Origin: Vicinamibacteria bacterium
Lineage (GTDB): Bacteria > Acidobacteriota > Vicinamibacteria > Marinacidobacterales > Marinacidobacteraceae
Reading direction: 5' to 3'
DNA: 64,000 bases
Assembly: GCA_963555995.3 (NCBI GenBank)
Contig: OY821641.1
Span: 2,016,001-2,080,000 of the forward strand
Position numbers and translations under genes: made by a program. Below the pieces are notes generated by a model that made no database searches, was not told where the DNA came from, and saw nothing but the letters and a program-made list of their open reading frames with translations. This document shows positions 8,956 to 18,133 of this stretch, in pieces; position 1 is the stretch's first letter, and each line of letters begins with the position of its first letter.

Positions 8956-10071
8956 ATGAACCGCCTGGCTTTCACGAGCGTTGACCCGCGGCTGCCGGCC
9001 GCCCTCGCCGTCCTCGCGCTGTTCGGCGGGTGCGGCGGGTCCGAACCCGAACCGACCCTCGACGAGACCTTCGCCGCAATCGTGGCGGAGGCGCGCGACG
9101 CCGCCGGCAGTCCCGGCCTTTCCGCCGCCGTCGCCGTGAACGGGGCAATGGTCTGGAGCGGCGCTTCCGGTCTGGCCGACGTCGAGAACGGGGTCCCGGC
9201 GACCGCGGACAGCGTCTACCGGATCGCTTCCATCTCGAAGCCGGTGGCCGGGGTCGCGCTCATGCAGCTCGTCGAACAGGGCGCCATTGACCTCGACGCC
9301 GAGGTGCAGACCTACTTCCCCGCCTTCCCCGAGAAGGAGCACCCCGTCACCGTCCGCCACCTGATGACGCACACCTCGGGAATCCGGCACTACAACCCGG
9401 GCGAAATGGACATGAAGGACCACTTCGACACCATCGAAGCCGCCATCGAGATCTTCAAGGACGACCCGCTGCTGTTCGAGCCGAGCACGCAGTACAGCTA
9501 CTCCTCCTACGCTTGGAACATCGTGGCCGGGATCGTCGAGAACGTCTCCGGGCAGAGCTTCGACGACTACATGCACGAAAACGTCTGGGGGCCGGCGGGG
9601 ATGGACGCCACCTACCTCGAGCACCAGGGCGAGATCGTCCCGAACCGAGTCCGGCAATACGTGAAGCGGGAGGACGGCGCCGGGGTCCTGAACGCCCCGT
9701 TCGCGGACCTCTCGATCAAGTGGGCTGGCGGGGGGATGATCGCGAAGGCCCCGGATCTGGTCCGCTTCGCCCTCGCGCTCGACGCCGAAACGATCCTCTC
9801 GGCGGACACCCACGACCGGATGACGACGCCGTACCAGCTCGCTGACGGCACGATGAGCGAATACGCGCTCGGCTGGCGGATCGCGACCGACGAGGCGGGC
9901 ACCTGGGTGGCGCACTCCGGAGGCGCCACCGGCGGCTCCACGCGCCTCCTGCGCCTTCCCGAACGCGGCGTGGCGGTCGCCGTCTTCTCGAACGTCCAGA
10001 GCGCGCAGGGTCTCCCCGAGACCGCCCGCCGGCTCGCCGAGGCCGCCCTCGAGCACACCCCGGCACCCTGA
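8956..10071 (+). CDS. serine hydrolase, beta-lactamase class C-like lipoprotein
   Basis: RIASISK (SxxK), LMTHTSG, YSYSS, HSG; lipobox-like LFGGC. Confidence 0.88.
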   Translation: MNRLAFTSVDPRLPAALAVLALFGGCGGSEPEPTLDETFAAIVAEARDAAGSPGLSAAVAVNGAMVWSGASGLADVENGVPATADSVYRIASISKPVAGVALMQLVEQGAIDLDAEVQTYFPAFPEKEHPVTVRHLMTHTSGIRHYNPGEMDMKDHFDTIEAAIEIFKDDPLLFEPSTQYSYSSYAWNIVAGIVENVSGQSFDDYMHENVWGPAGMDATYLEHQGEIVPNRVRQYVKREDGAGVLNAPFADLSIKWAGGGMIAKAPDLVRFALALDAETILSADTHDRMTTPYQLADGTMSEYALGWRIATDEAGTWVAHSGGATGGSTRLLRLPERGVAVAVFSNVQSAQGLPETARRLAEAALEHTPAP

Positions 10072-10087
10072 AAACGGCGCACCGCCC

Positions 10088-10225
10088 TGGAACGCCGGTC
10101 TCCAGACCGGCACCGCGGCGCTCCGCGCCGCACACGACGAAACCCCACGTCGCCCCACGGCACGCCCGCCTTGGAACGCCGGTCTCCAGACCGGCACCGC
10201 GGCGCTCCGCGCCGCGCACGACGAG
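10088..10225 (-). repeat. two tandem REP-like units
   Basis: TGGAACGCCGGTCTCCAGACCGGCACCGCGGCGCTCCGCGCCGC occurs twice, at about 10088 and 10172. Confidence 0.8.
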
Positions 10226-10320
10226 ACCCCACACAGAAATGGCGGCCCCCGCCCCGGCGCGGAACTCAAGAGCGGACGTGGCGCCAACGGCTTACACGCC
10301 GGCCTCCGTCCAGCGCGCAG

Positions 10321-11037
10321 TCAGCCGAACAGACCGGGCGGAGAGCCGCCTCCCGGTCCCGGGTCCTCGCCTCCGGCCAGCGGCTCCACGCAGCGCGGGT
10401 CGTCGTTCGCCGGACTGTTCACGAGGGGACTGACCCGGAAGCCGGTCATCGCCTCCGGCGGATAGGGACCGAGCGGCACTTCCCCGCCGCCGAGCCAGTC
10501 GCCGAACGCCGCCGGGGGCACGATGACCGGCATCCGGTCGTGGATTCTGCCCACCACGCGGTTCGCCTCGGTGGTCAGGATGGTGAAAGTCTCAAGATGT
10601 TCGGAACCCGCGGCATCGAGGAACCCCGGCGGCGGCCGCCATCGCTCGAAGAGCCCCGCGAGCGCGAACGGTCCCCCTTCGCGCATGCGGAAGAGCCACG
10701 GCTGCCGGCGCCGCCCCAGACGCTCCCACTCGAAGAAACCGTCCACCGGGATGAGACACCGCCGGGCGCGGAACGCGTCGCGGAACGACGGCCGGACGCC
10801 GGCCGTCTCGGCGCGGGCGTTGATGAGGCGGTTCCCGATGGACGGGTCCGGGGCGCCGTTCGGGATCAGGCCCCAGCGGAGCATCCGCAGCTGGCGGACG
10901 TCTTCGTTCCGCACCACCGCCGCGAGTTGGGTCGGCGCGATGTTGTAGCGGGGCGGCAGGTCTTCCGGGATCTCCTCGAGGTCGAAGAGTTCGGCAGCCT
11001 CTTCCGAGGAACAGGACTGGATGAAGCGGCCGCACAT
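10321..11037 (-). CDS. SOS response-associated peptidase (SRAP, YedK/HMCES family)
   Basis: N-terminal MCGRF, RYNIAPTQ, INARAET, GFFEW, IHDRMPVI. Confidence 0.93.
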   Translation of the reverse strand: MCGRFIQSCSSEEAAELFDLEEIPEDLPPRYNIAPTQLAAVVRNEDVRQLRMLRWGLIPNGAPDPSIGNRLINARAETAGVRPSFRDAFRARRCLIPVDGFFEWERLGRRRQPWLFRMREGGPFALAGLFERWRPPPGFLDAAGSEHLETFTILTTEANRVVGRIHDRMPVIVPPAAFGDWLGGGEVPLGPYPPEAMTGFRVSPLVNSPANDDPRCVEPLAGGEDPGPGGGSPPGLFG

Positions 11038-11159
11038 GGGTCAGGTCAGGCGGGCTGGACTACCGAATCTGCGCGTCGCGAGAGCGGGTGGCATTACGAC
11101 GTGCGCGGCGCGGAGCGCCGCGCGTGCCGGCCTGGAGACCGGCGTTCCTATAGGTTTCA

Positions 11160-11340
11160 CAGCGCCCATACGGGCGATTTTTTACTGCTTCGCGCAGTGG
11201 CCAATCCGCCGGGAGCACCTTGGCGTTCCCAGTGCCAGTCAGCACCTTGCTTGGACTTGTGCCCCGACGGATGGCCGGGATGGAGGCCCCGTCAGAGAGT
11301 CAGCGCCACCGAGTGCCCAGTATAGGAGACGGCAACGTCG
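11160..11340 (+). ncRNA. predicted bridge RNA of the IS110 element
   Basis: Two internal-loop stems carry guides that match the target (GGCGTTC 11222-11228; GCTTGGA 11249-11255) and the circle junction (AGAGAGTC 11294-11301; TATAGGA 11321-11327); exact RNA ends inferred. Confidence 0.85.
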
Positions 11341-11391
11341 CGGCAGGCCAGCGAAGCCCCAGCAGAGCACGACGCTCGAAGGAACACGACG

Positions 11392-12654
11392 ATGAGTCAT
11401 CTCGTCTCCTGGTTCGCCGGCATCGATCTCGGTGATCGTAGGCATCACGTTCACCTGACCGACGCGGCCGGCGTGGATCTTGGTGAGGCCTCTTTCTCCC
11501 ACGGGGGGAGAGGCATCGCCCAACTTCTTTCCTGGCTCCTGGACAAGACCGGGGCGGATCCCGGTTCGATCGGGGTGGCGCTCGAGGTTCCCCACGGCGC
11601 GGTGGTGGACGGGTTGCTGGACCGTGGCTTCGCGACCTTCGCGGTCAACCCGAAGCAGGCGGACCGCGCGCGCGAGCTGCTGACCCTGTCGGGGGCGAAG
11701 GACGATCCGCGGGACGCCGAGGGTCTGGCGCTGGCGCTGCGCGTGGTCCCCCGGATCTTCCGGCACCTGCAGCCGAAGCACCCGGTGCTGGTGCTGCTCC
11801 GGGACCGCGCGCGGCTGCGCGCGGACCTGGTGAAGCAGCGGACCCGGCTGAGCCAAAAGATCCGGGCGCAACTGCTGCGCTACTTCCCGGCGATGTGGGC
11901 GCTGGCGGGAAGCCTGTCGGGGCTCTGGGGCGGCTTGTTCCTCACCCTGTGGGAGCGGGCCCCGACCCCGGAGCGGGCGCGGCGGCTGCACCGCGGCACG
12001 GTGGCGAAGGTGTTGGCGCGGTGCAAGATCCGCAAGCGCACCGCGGAGGAGGTGGTGGGTGTGCTGCGCCAGCCAGCCCCGGTGGTCGCCCCGGGAGTGA
12101 CCGATGGGGCGGTGGAGACCATCGGGATGCTGGTGGCCCAGTTGCGGCTGGTGCACGAACAGGTGAAGGCGTTGGACCGGGGGATCGCCGCGTTGCTCCA
12201 GCAACTGCCGGCGGCGCTCGGAGAAGCTGATGAAGAAGCAGACGGCGGGGACTCGCTGACCCGGCTGCTGTCGATGAAGGGCGCCGGGCCGGTGGTTGCC
12301 GCGGGCCTGTTCGGAGAGGCGGGCGATCTCTTGGTGGAAGGCAGCCTCGGGCAGACCCGCGCCTATCTCGGCGCCGCGCCGGTCACCAGGAAGTCCGGGG
12401 GGAAAGAGACGCATCACAAACGGCGGGCGGTGAACCGCCACGGGCAGAACGCGCTCTACCACTTCGCGATGGCCGCCATCGCCGCCGATCCCGGCTTCCA
12501 GCGACAAAAGGAGATCCTCAAGGCCCGTGGGCACAACCACGCCCGCATCCTCAGAACCCTGGGGGACCGGCTCCTGAGGATCTTCTTCGCCATGCAGCGC
12601 GACAAGACCCTCTACGACCCGGAGCGCACCCTCCAGAAGGCGGCCGCCGCGTGA
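11392..12654 (+). CDS. IS110-family recombinase/transposase (DEDD RuvC-like plus Tnp serine domain)
   Basis: AGIDLG, ALEVPHG, KDDPRDA (DEDD); C-terminal GAAPVTRKSGG serine motif; 420 aa, uninterrupted. Confidence 0.95.
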   Translation: MSHLVSWFAGIDLGDRRHHVHLTDAAGVDLGEASFSHGGRGIAQLLSWLLDKTGADPGSIGVALEVPHGAVVDGLLDRGFATFAVNPKQADRARELLTLSGAKDDPRDAEGLALALRVVPRIFRHLQPKHPVLVLLRDRARLRADLVKQRTRLSQKIRAQLLRYFPAMWALAGSLSGLWGGLFLTLWERAPTPERARRLHRGTVAKVLARCKIRKRTAEEVVGVLRQPAPVVAPGVTDGAVETIGMLVAQLRLVHEQVKALDRGIAALLQQLPAALGEADEEADGGDSLTRLLSMKGAGPVVAAGLFGEAGDLLVEGSLGQTRAYLGAAPVTRKSGGKETHHKRRAVNRHGQNALYHFAMAAIAADPGFQRQKEILKARGHNHARILRTLGDRLLRIFFAMQRDKTLYDPERTLQKAAAA

Positions 12655-13324
12655 CCTCCGCGGTGGACCTCATCCGGGGGACGACACCGAGCACCCGCGC
12701 GGGCGCCGGTCGAGCTGCCGGATGGCGCTGCCCTCCCGAAGGGGAGCGCCAACGCCACCCGGAGAAGGCGGACGGACGAGAGGGACACTGCACCTGGCCG
12801 GATCACTGCTCCCGGCCATCACAACCCCTCGCACAGTCCTTGCGGTCCGCCAGCGCACCCGAAGGGCCGGAGCGAAGCGGAGGAGGCGCGGAGCGCCTTG
12901 CCGCTGTGCGGATCGCAAGGACTACGCTGCCGGGTGATGGCCTCGGTCCGGCTCGCCCCGGCCCGAACCTCCCGCCTCCCCGGCTCGTAGACAAACACCT
13001 GTGGGAGGTGGGGGAAGCGGTTGCACCAGCCGGCTCCCCTCATCGCGACTGTGCCACCGCACCCCGCTTCCCCCGCCTCCCACAGCTCCACTTTCTTCCC
13101 AATCTCAACCCTTGCAAAAAGGTAGAGAGTCCAAGCCGTACGGGCATCCGGGTTCAGGGCGTTGCGCCCTTCCGCGGCGCGGAGCGTCGCGCGTGCCGGT
13201 CTGGGGACCGGCGGTCCAAGCCGTGCGGGACATCCGGGTTCAGGGCGAAACGCCCTTCCGCGGCGCGGAGCGCCGCGGGTGCCGGTCTGGAGACCGGCGT
13301 TCCAGGCCGGCTTGCCATCCGGAA

Positions 13325-15391
13325 TCAGGGGTTTTCGCCGTCGGTAGTGGTGCGCTTCTCGTTGCCCGCCTCGCCGGGGGCCGGCTCCCACTCGTATTCG
13401 ATTCCGCGGACATGGCGCTCGAACCAATCGAGCTCGACGTTGACCTTGAAGAGCTGGTGGCGGAGTTCCCGGAGGCCGTGCGGCTCCCGGGGCGCGATGT
13501 AGAGGTGGGTGTCCACGCCGTTCGTCCGGAGCGCCCGGTAGAGCTCGACGGACTGGGGCGCGGGCACGCGCACGTCGTTCTCGCCGACGATCACGATGGT
13601 GGGCGTCGTGACCCGGTAGATGTCCTTCAGCGGGGAGTTCCCCCAATAGACGTCGATCGGGGCGTCCTCCTGCCACGGCGTCCCGCCGAACCAGGGCGTT
13701 CGCGGGAACCGGACGTCGCTCTGCCCGTACATCGAGATCCAGTTCACCGCCCCGGCCCCCGAGGACGCCGCCTTGAAGCGGCCGGTGTGGGTGATGATCT
13801 TGTTGGTCATGTGGCCGCCCGCGCTCCAACCCATCTTGGCCATCCGGTCGCCATCGGCGATTCCCCGCTCGATCAGGGTGTCCACGCCCGCCATCACGTC
13901 GAGGTGGGCCTGGTGGAAGTAGTGGCCGACCATGTCCCGGAGGAACTCATCGCCGTAGCCGGTGCTGCCCCGGTAGTTGGGCTTGAACACCGCGTAGCCC
14001 CGGGCCGCCAGCACCTGGACGTAGTTGCTCCAGCGGCCGAAGGAGAACTTGTCGGAGGACTGCGGCCCCCCGTGGGTCTGCACCACCAGCGGGTATCGCT
14101 GTCCCTCCTGGTAGTCGAGGGGATAGAAGAGCAGGCCCTCGACCTCGACGCCGTCCTCGCCGTTCCAGCGGACGGCTTCCTGGACCGGCAGCGCGAAGGT
14201 CTCGTCGAGGTAGTCGAAGACGCTCGTGACCTTGACCGGATCGCCGCCAGCCGCCGGCAGCAGGTGGAGGTCGCCGTTGTTCTCGCGGTTGCTGATGCCG
14301 AAGACGTGCCATCCGGCCGCGGAGGCGAAGTTCCACCCGACGACGGTGTGGTCACCGGCCGTGAGCGGGGCGGGCTCGGGGTCATCCAAGGCCCCGTGGA
14401 AGATCTGGCTGCGGACGCCGGTGTTGCCGATGAAGTAGATCGAACCGTCCGGAGCCCAGGTCGCTCCGTTCGCCTCGTGGGGCCAGTCCTCCCAGAGCAA
14501 GCGATGCGGCCCGCCGGCGGCGGGCACGAGGAACGCGTTCCGGTTGTGGTACGTCTCGAACTCGGCGTTGGCCCCCGAAACGAAAAGGACCTGGGAACCG
14601 TCCGGGGAGAGTTGCGCACCGCTCTCCACCACCGTGTTGTCGGTCAACTGGAGGGCGTTCCCGCCGTCCGCGTCCATGATCCAGACCTCGCCCTCGTCGC
14701 GGTTGTCGAGGAGCGGGGTCGGGGCCCGGGAGTGGGCGATGCGCGCCCCGTCGTGCGAGAGCCGGAACTCCAGGATCGAGAAGTCCCCCCGGGTGATCCG
14801 TTCGGCGTCCCGCGGCCCCGCGCCGGCCGTCGCCACCCGGAAGAGGTGGCGCTGCTTGTAGTCCTCGTCGAAGGCGAAGAAGTCGTCCCGGAGATCGTCT
14901 TTCCGCTTCTCCTCCGCCGTCTTCGGATCGGGCGCGAGGAAGTAGATGTGTTCGCCGTCCGGGGAGAATGCGAACGACTGCACCGAGCTCTCGTGCTGCG
15001 TCAGTGCAGTCGCCTCCCCGCCCCGGTTCGACAGCCGATAAATCTGCTGGAAAGGACCCTGACCCCGGCGCGCCAGGAACGCCACCCAGTCACCGTCCGG
15101 TGACCAGCGCGGGCTGGACTCTCCATTTTCGCCGCCCGTCAGCCGGATGTCGCCGCTGCCATCCGTCCCGATCCGGTGGATGTGCGTCGTGCGGCCATTC
15201 TTCTCCCAGTCGGTGTCCGACCGGGTGTAGAGCAACTCGGTTCCGTCCGGGGAAAGGCGCGGACTGCCGATCTGCGGGACATCAATGAGTTCCACGATCG
15301 TCATCGGCCGCTTTTCCTGCGCCGACGCGGCGACAGCCAGCGCCAGCAGGGCGCCGGCCGCCACGGAATGGGTAATCACGGAATGGCGCAT
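13325..15391 (-). CDS. S9 family peptidase (beta-propeller plus alpha/beta hydrolase), copy 1
   Basis: Signal peptide MRHSVITH; SPDG repeats; HGGP, PNYRGS, GWSAGG, GENDVRV, EPHG. Confidence 0.92.
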   Translation of the reverse strand: MRHSVITHSVAAGALLALAVAASAQEKRPMTIVELIDVPQIGSPRLSPDGTELLYTRSDTDWEKNGRTTHIHRIGTDGSGDIRLTGGENGESSPRWSPDGDWVAFLARRGQGPFQQIYRLSNRGGEATALTQHESSVQSFAFSPDGEHIYFLAPDPKTAEEKRKDDLRDDFFAFDEDYKQRHLFRVATAGAGPRDAERITRGDFSILEFRLSHDGARIAHSRAPTPLLDNRDEGEVWIMDADGGNALQLTDNTVVESGAQLSPDGSQVLFVSGANAEFETYHNRNAFLVPAAGGPHRLLWEDWPHEANGATWAPDGSIYFIGNTGVRSQIFHGALDDPEPAPLTAGDHTVVGWNFASAAGWHVFGISNRENNGDLHLLPAAGGDPVKVTSVFDYLDETFALPVQEAVRWNGEDGVEVEGLLFYPLDYQEGQRYPLVVQTHGGPQSSDKFSFGRWSNYVQVLAARGYAVFKPNYRGSTGYGDEFLRDMVGHYFHQAHLDVMAGVDTLIERGIADGDRMAKMGWSAGGHMTNKIITHTGRFKAASSGAGAVNWISMYGQSDVRFPRTPWFGGTPWQEDAPIDVYWGNSPLKDIYRVTTPTIVIVGENDVRVPAPQSVELYRALRTNGVDTHLYIAPREPHGLRELRHQLFKVNVELDWFERHVRGIEYEWEPAPGEAGNEKRTTTDGENP

Positions 15392-15482
15392 GACGCACCT
15401 CCTGAGGAATCTGTTTGTGGACCAGGGATTGTCGCCGTTCGTGGCCGCGGTGCGGACCCCGGTCATGAAAGTGGCGGACACA

Positions 15483-15705
15483 GCTTGGAACGCCGGCTTC
15501 AGCCGGCACAGCGGGCCGAAGGCCCGCGGAGGTCGCGGCGCTGTTCGCGGTGATGGAACGAGAGCAGAGCACCACCGCGCCGCTCGCCGTGGTGCCGTGC
15601 GCTGCGCTGTCGCGCAGCGCGTGCCGGTCTGAAGACCGGCGCTCCCAGCCGGCGGCGCAACTGTCGCTGGTTGAGCTTTCGCCCAAACTGCATTTTCACA
15701 GCAAC
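15483..15705. repeat. REPIN-like element (inverted REP pair) plus flanking ACTGCATTTTCACAGCAAC motif
   Basis: GCTTGGAACGCCGGCTTCAGCCGGCAC ... GTGCCGGTCTGAAGACCGGCGCTCCC; related to copies at 31193-31420 and 44676-44900. Confidence 0.75.
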
Positions 15706-15791
15706 CGGCTGGCGGTCCAGGCGGGGCGCCGGCACGCGGCAGTCGTGCATCTGCTGCGGCCCCGCCGGCCGCGTGGCGGTTGCACGGGCCG

Positions 15792-17852
15792 CTAGGGGCT
15801 CTCTTCGTCGGTGGTGGCCTCCATGTCCTCGTCGTCGTCGCCGGGGGCGGTCTCCCACTCGTACTCGATCCCGCGCGCGTGGCGCTCGAACCAGTCAATC
15901 TCCACGTTCACCTTGAAGAGCTCGTGGCGGAGTTCCCGCCAGCCGTGGGGCTCCCGCGGCGCGATGTAGAGGTGGGTGTCCACCCCGTTCGACTTGAGCG
16001 CCCGGTAGAGCTCCACCGACTGCTCGGGCGGGACCCGGACGTCGTTCTCCCCGACGAGCACGATCGTCGGCGTGGTCACCTTGTAGATGTCCTTGAGCGG
16101 CGAGTGCCCCCAGTAGGTGTCAATGGGCGCATCCTCCTGCCACGGCGTCCCCCCGAACCACGGGGTCCGGTAGATCCGCACGTCGCTCGTTCCGTACATC
16201 GAGATCCAGTTCACCGCGCCGGCGCCCGACGCCGCCGCCTTGAAGCGGTCGGTGTGGGTGATGATCTTGTTGGTCATGTGGCCGCCGCCGCTCCAGCCCA
16301 TCTTGGCCATGCGGTCGCCGTCCACGATCCCGAGCTCGATCAGGTGGTCCACGCCGGTCATCACGTCGAGGTGGGACTGGCGGTAGTAGTGGCCCACCAT
16401 GTCCCGGAGGACCTCGTCGCCGTAGCCGGTGCTCCCCCGGTAGTTGGGCTTGAACACCGCCCAGCCGCGCGCGGTCAGCACCTGCACGTAGCTGCTCCAC
16501 CGTCCGAAACCGAACTTGTCGGAGGCCGCCGGCCCGCCGTGGGTCTGGACGACCAGCGGATAGCGCTGCCCCTCCTGGTAGTCGAGGGGGTAGTAGAGGA
16601 GCCCCTCCACCTCCGCGCCGTCGTCGCCCATCCAGCGGATCGCCTCCTGGACCGGCAGCTCGAAGGTCTCGGCGAGGTAGTCGAACACGCTCGTGACCTT
16701 CACCGGGTCGCCGCCGGCGGCGGGCAGCAGGTGCAGGTCGCCGTTGTTCTCGCGGTTGCTGATCCCGAAGACGTGCTTCCCGGCGGCCGCGGAGAAGTTC
16801 CAGCCGGTGAGCGAGTGGTCGCCGGCGGTGAGCGCCGTCGGCGCGTCGTCGTCCAGCGCGCCGTGGAAGAGCTCGGTGCGGACGCCGGTGTTCGCCGTGA
16901 AGTAGATCGAGCCGTCGGGCGCCCAGCGCGCGCTGTTCACCTCGTGCGGCATGTCCTCGTAGATCACCCGGTGCGCGCCGCCGGCGGCCGGCAGCACGAA
17001 GATGTTGTCGTTGAAGTAGGTCTCGAAGTCGGCGCTGGAGTCCGAGAGGAACATCACCTGGGTCCCGTCGGGAGAGAGCTGGGCGCCGAACTCGCTGACC
17101 GTGTTGTCCGTCAACTGGACGGCGTTGCCGCCGTCCGCGTCCATGAGCCAGACCTCGCCCTCGTCCCGGTTGTCCACCAGCGGGCTGACGGACCGGTGGT
17201 GCGCGATGCGCAGGCCGTCATCGGAGAGCCGGAACCCGATCACCGAGTAGTCGCCCCCGGTGAGGCGCTCGCCCTTCTGCGGCCCGTCGCCGTCCGCCGC
17301 CACCCGGAAGAGGTGGCGCTGCTTGTAGTCCTCGTCGAAGGCGAAGACATCGTCCTGGAGCCGGTCCTTCTTCTTCTCCTCCGCGCTCTTCGGATCGGGG
17401 GCGACGAAGAAGATGTGCTTGCCGTCGGGCGAGAACTGGAACGACCCCACCGAACTGTCGTGCTCGGTGAGCGGGGAGGCCTCCCCTCCCCGGTTCCGCA
17501 TCACGTAGATCTGGGTGTGCTCGTCCTCGCCGCGCTTCGCGAGAAAGGCGACGCGGGCGCCGTCCGGGGACCAGCGGGGGCTGGACTCGCCGTCCTCCCC
17601 GTTCGTGAGCTGGACCTCGCCGCTGCCGTCGGCATCAATCCGGTAGATGTGCGTCGTGCGGCCGTTCTTCTTCCAGTCCGTGTCGGTCCGGGTGAAGAGG
17701 ATCTGGCTGCCGTCGGGGGAGAGGCGCGGGCTCCCCAGCGAGGGCACGTCAATCAGCTCGACGATCGTCATGGGGCGTTTGTCCTGCCCCGACGCGAGCG
17801 CCGCGACCAGCAGTCCGCAGGACAGATAGAAGGGAAAACGAAGACGGAGCAT
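15792..17852 (-). CDS. S9 family peptidase, copy 2 (tandem paralog)
   Basis: Same architecture, GWSGGG nucleophile; long stretches identical to copy 1; alternative GTG start at 17855. Confidence 0.92.
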   Translation of the reverse strand: MLRLRFPFYLSCGLLVAALASGQDKRPMTIVELIDVPSLGSPRLSPDGSQILFTRTDTDWKKNGRTTHIYRIDADGSGEVQLTNGEDGESSPRWSPDGARVAFLAKRGEDEHTQIYVMRNRGGEASPLTEHDSSVGSFQFSPDGKHIFFVAPDPKSAEEKKKDRLQDDVFAFDEDYKQRHLFRVAADGDGPQKGERLTGGDYSVIGFRLSDDGLRIAHHRSVSPLVDNRDEGEVWLMDADGGNAVQLTDNTVSEFGAQLSPDGTQVMFLSDSSADFETYFNDNIFVLPAAGGAHRVIYEDMPHEVNSARWAPDGSIYFTANTGVRTELFHGALDDDAPTALTAGDHSLTGWNFSAAAGKHVFGISNRENNGDLHLLPAAGGDPVKVTSVFDYLAETFELPVQEAIRWMGDDGAEVEGLLYYPLDYQEGQRYPLVVQTHGGPAASDKFGFGRWSSYVQVLTARGWAVFKPNYRGSTGYGDEVLRDMVGHYYRQSHLDVMTGVDHLIELGIVDGDRMAKMGWSGGGHMTNKIITHTDRFKAAASGAGAVNWISMYGTSDVRIYRTPWFGGTPWQEDAPIDTYWGHSPLKDIYKVTTPTIVLVGENDVRVPPEQSVELYRALKSNGVDTHLYIAPREPHGWRELRHELFKVNVEIDWFERHARGIEYEWETAPGDDDEDMEATTDEESP

Positions 17853-17920
17853 CACGGAACCTCCCGGACACACCATTGTCCCACGGTCTCCGGGTAGCGA
17901 TTCAACCGTCGCCGGGGGGC

Positions 17921-18106
17921 TAGCAGCCGGTGGACAAAGTCACGCGGCATTCGAACGCCGATGCATCCCGCCTGAACCGCGCCTCTACGAGGCGCTCTGC
18001 GTTGCGTTTCGGTCGGAATACACCCGGTATTCCTCCCTCACGCGCCGTGTCAGCCGGGCGCCTCGCCGCTCTCGGCGCTCACGGGGGTTTCACCACAGGA
18101 TGCTGG
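17921..18106. repeat. structured MITE-like repeat family B, copy 1
   Basis: Imperfect terminal inverted repeats; core GAATACACCCGGTATTCCTCC shared with 21385-21556 and 33037-33217. Confidence 0.7.
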
Positions 18107-18133
18107 ACCGCAGGCTAGAATCGCCCCCGTCGG

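Larger units (their letters stand above)
11149..13132 (+). mobile_element. complete IS110-family insertion sequence inserted in a REP repeat
   Basis: Flanks ...GAGACCGGCGTTCC| and |AAGCCGTACGGGC rejoin into the REP also seen intact at 43450-43486 (minus strand); TCC shared at both junctions; no terminal inverted repeats. Confidence 0.92.

Noticed and set aside
10321-11037. SRAP gene as part of the IS110 system
   Set aside because: It lies outside the element boundary; adjacency is explained by insertion into the neighbouring REP.
11149-13132. IS1111-type organisation (sub-terminal inverted repeats, RNA in the right end)
   Set aside because: No inverted repeats near the ends, and all four guide matches lie in the left end.
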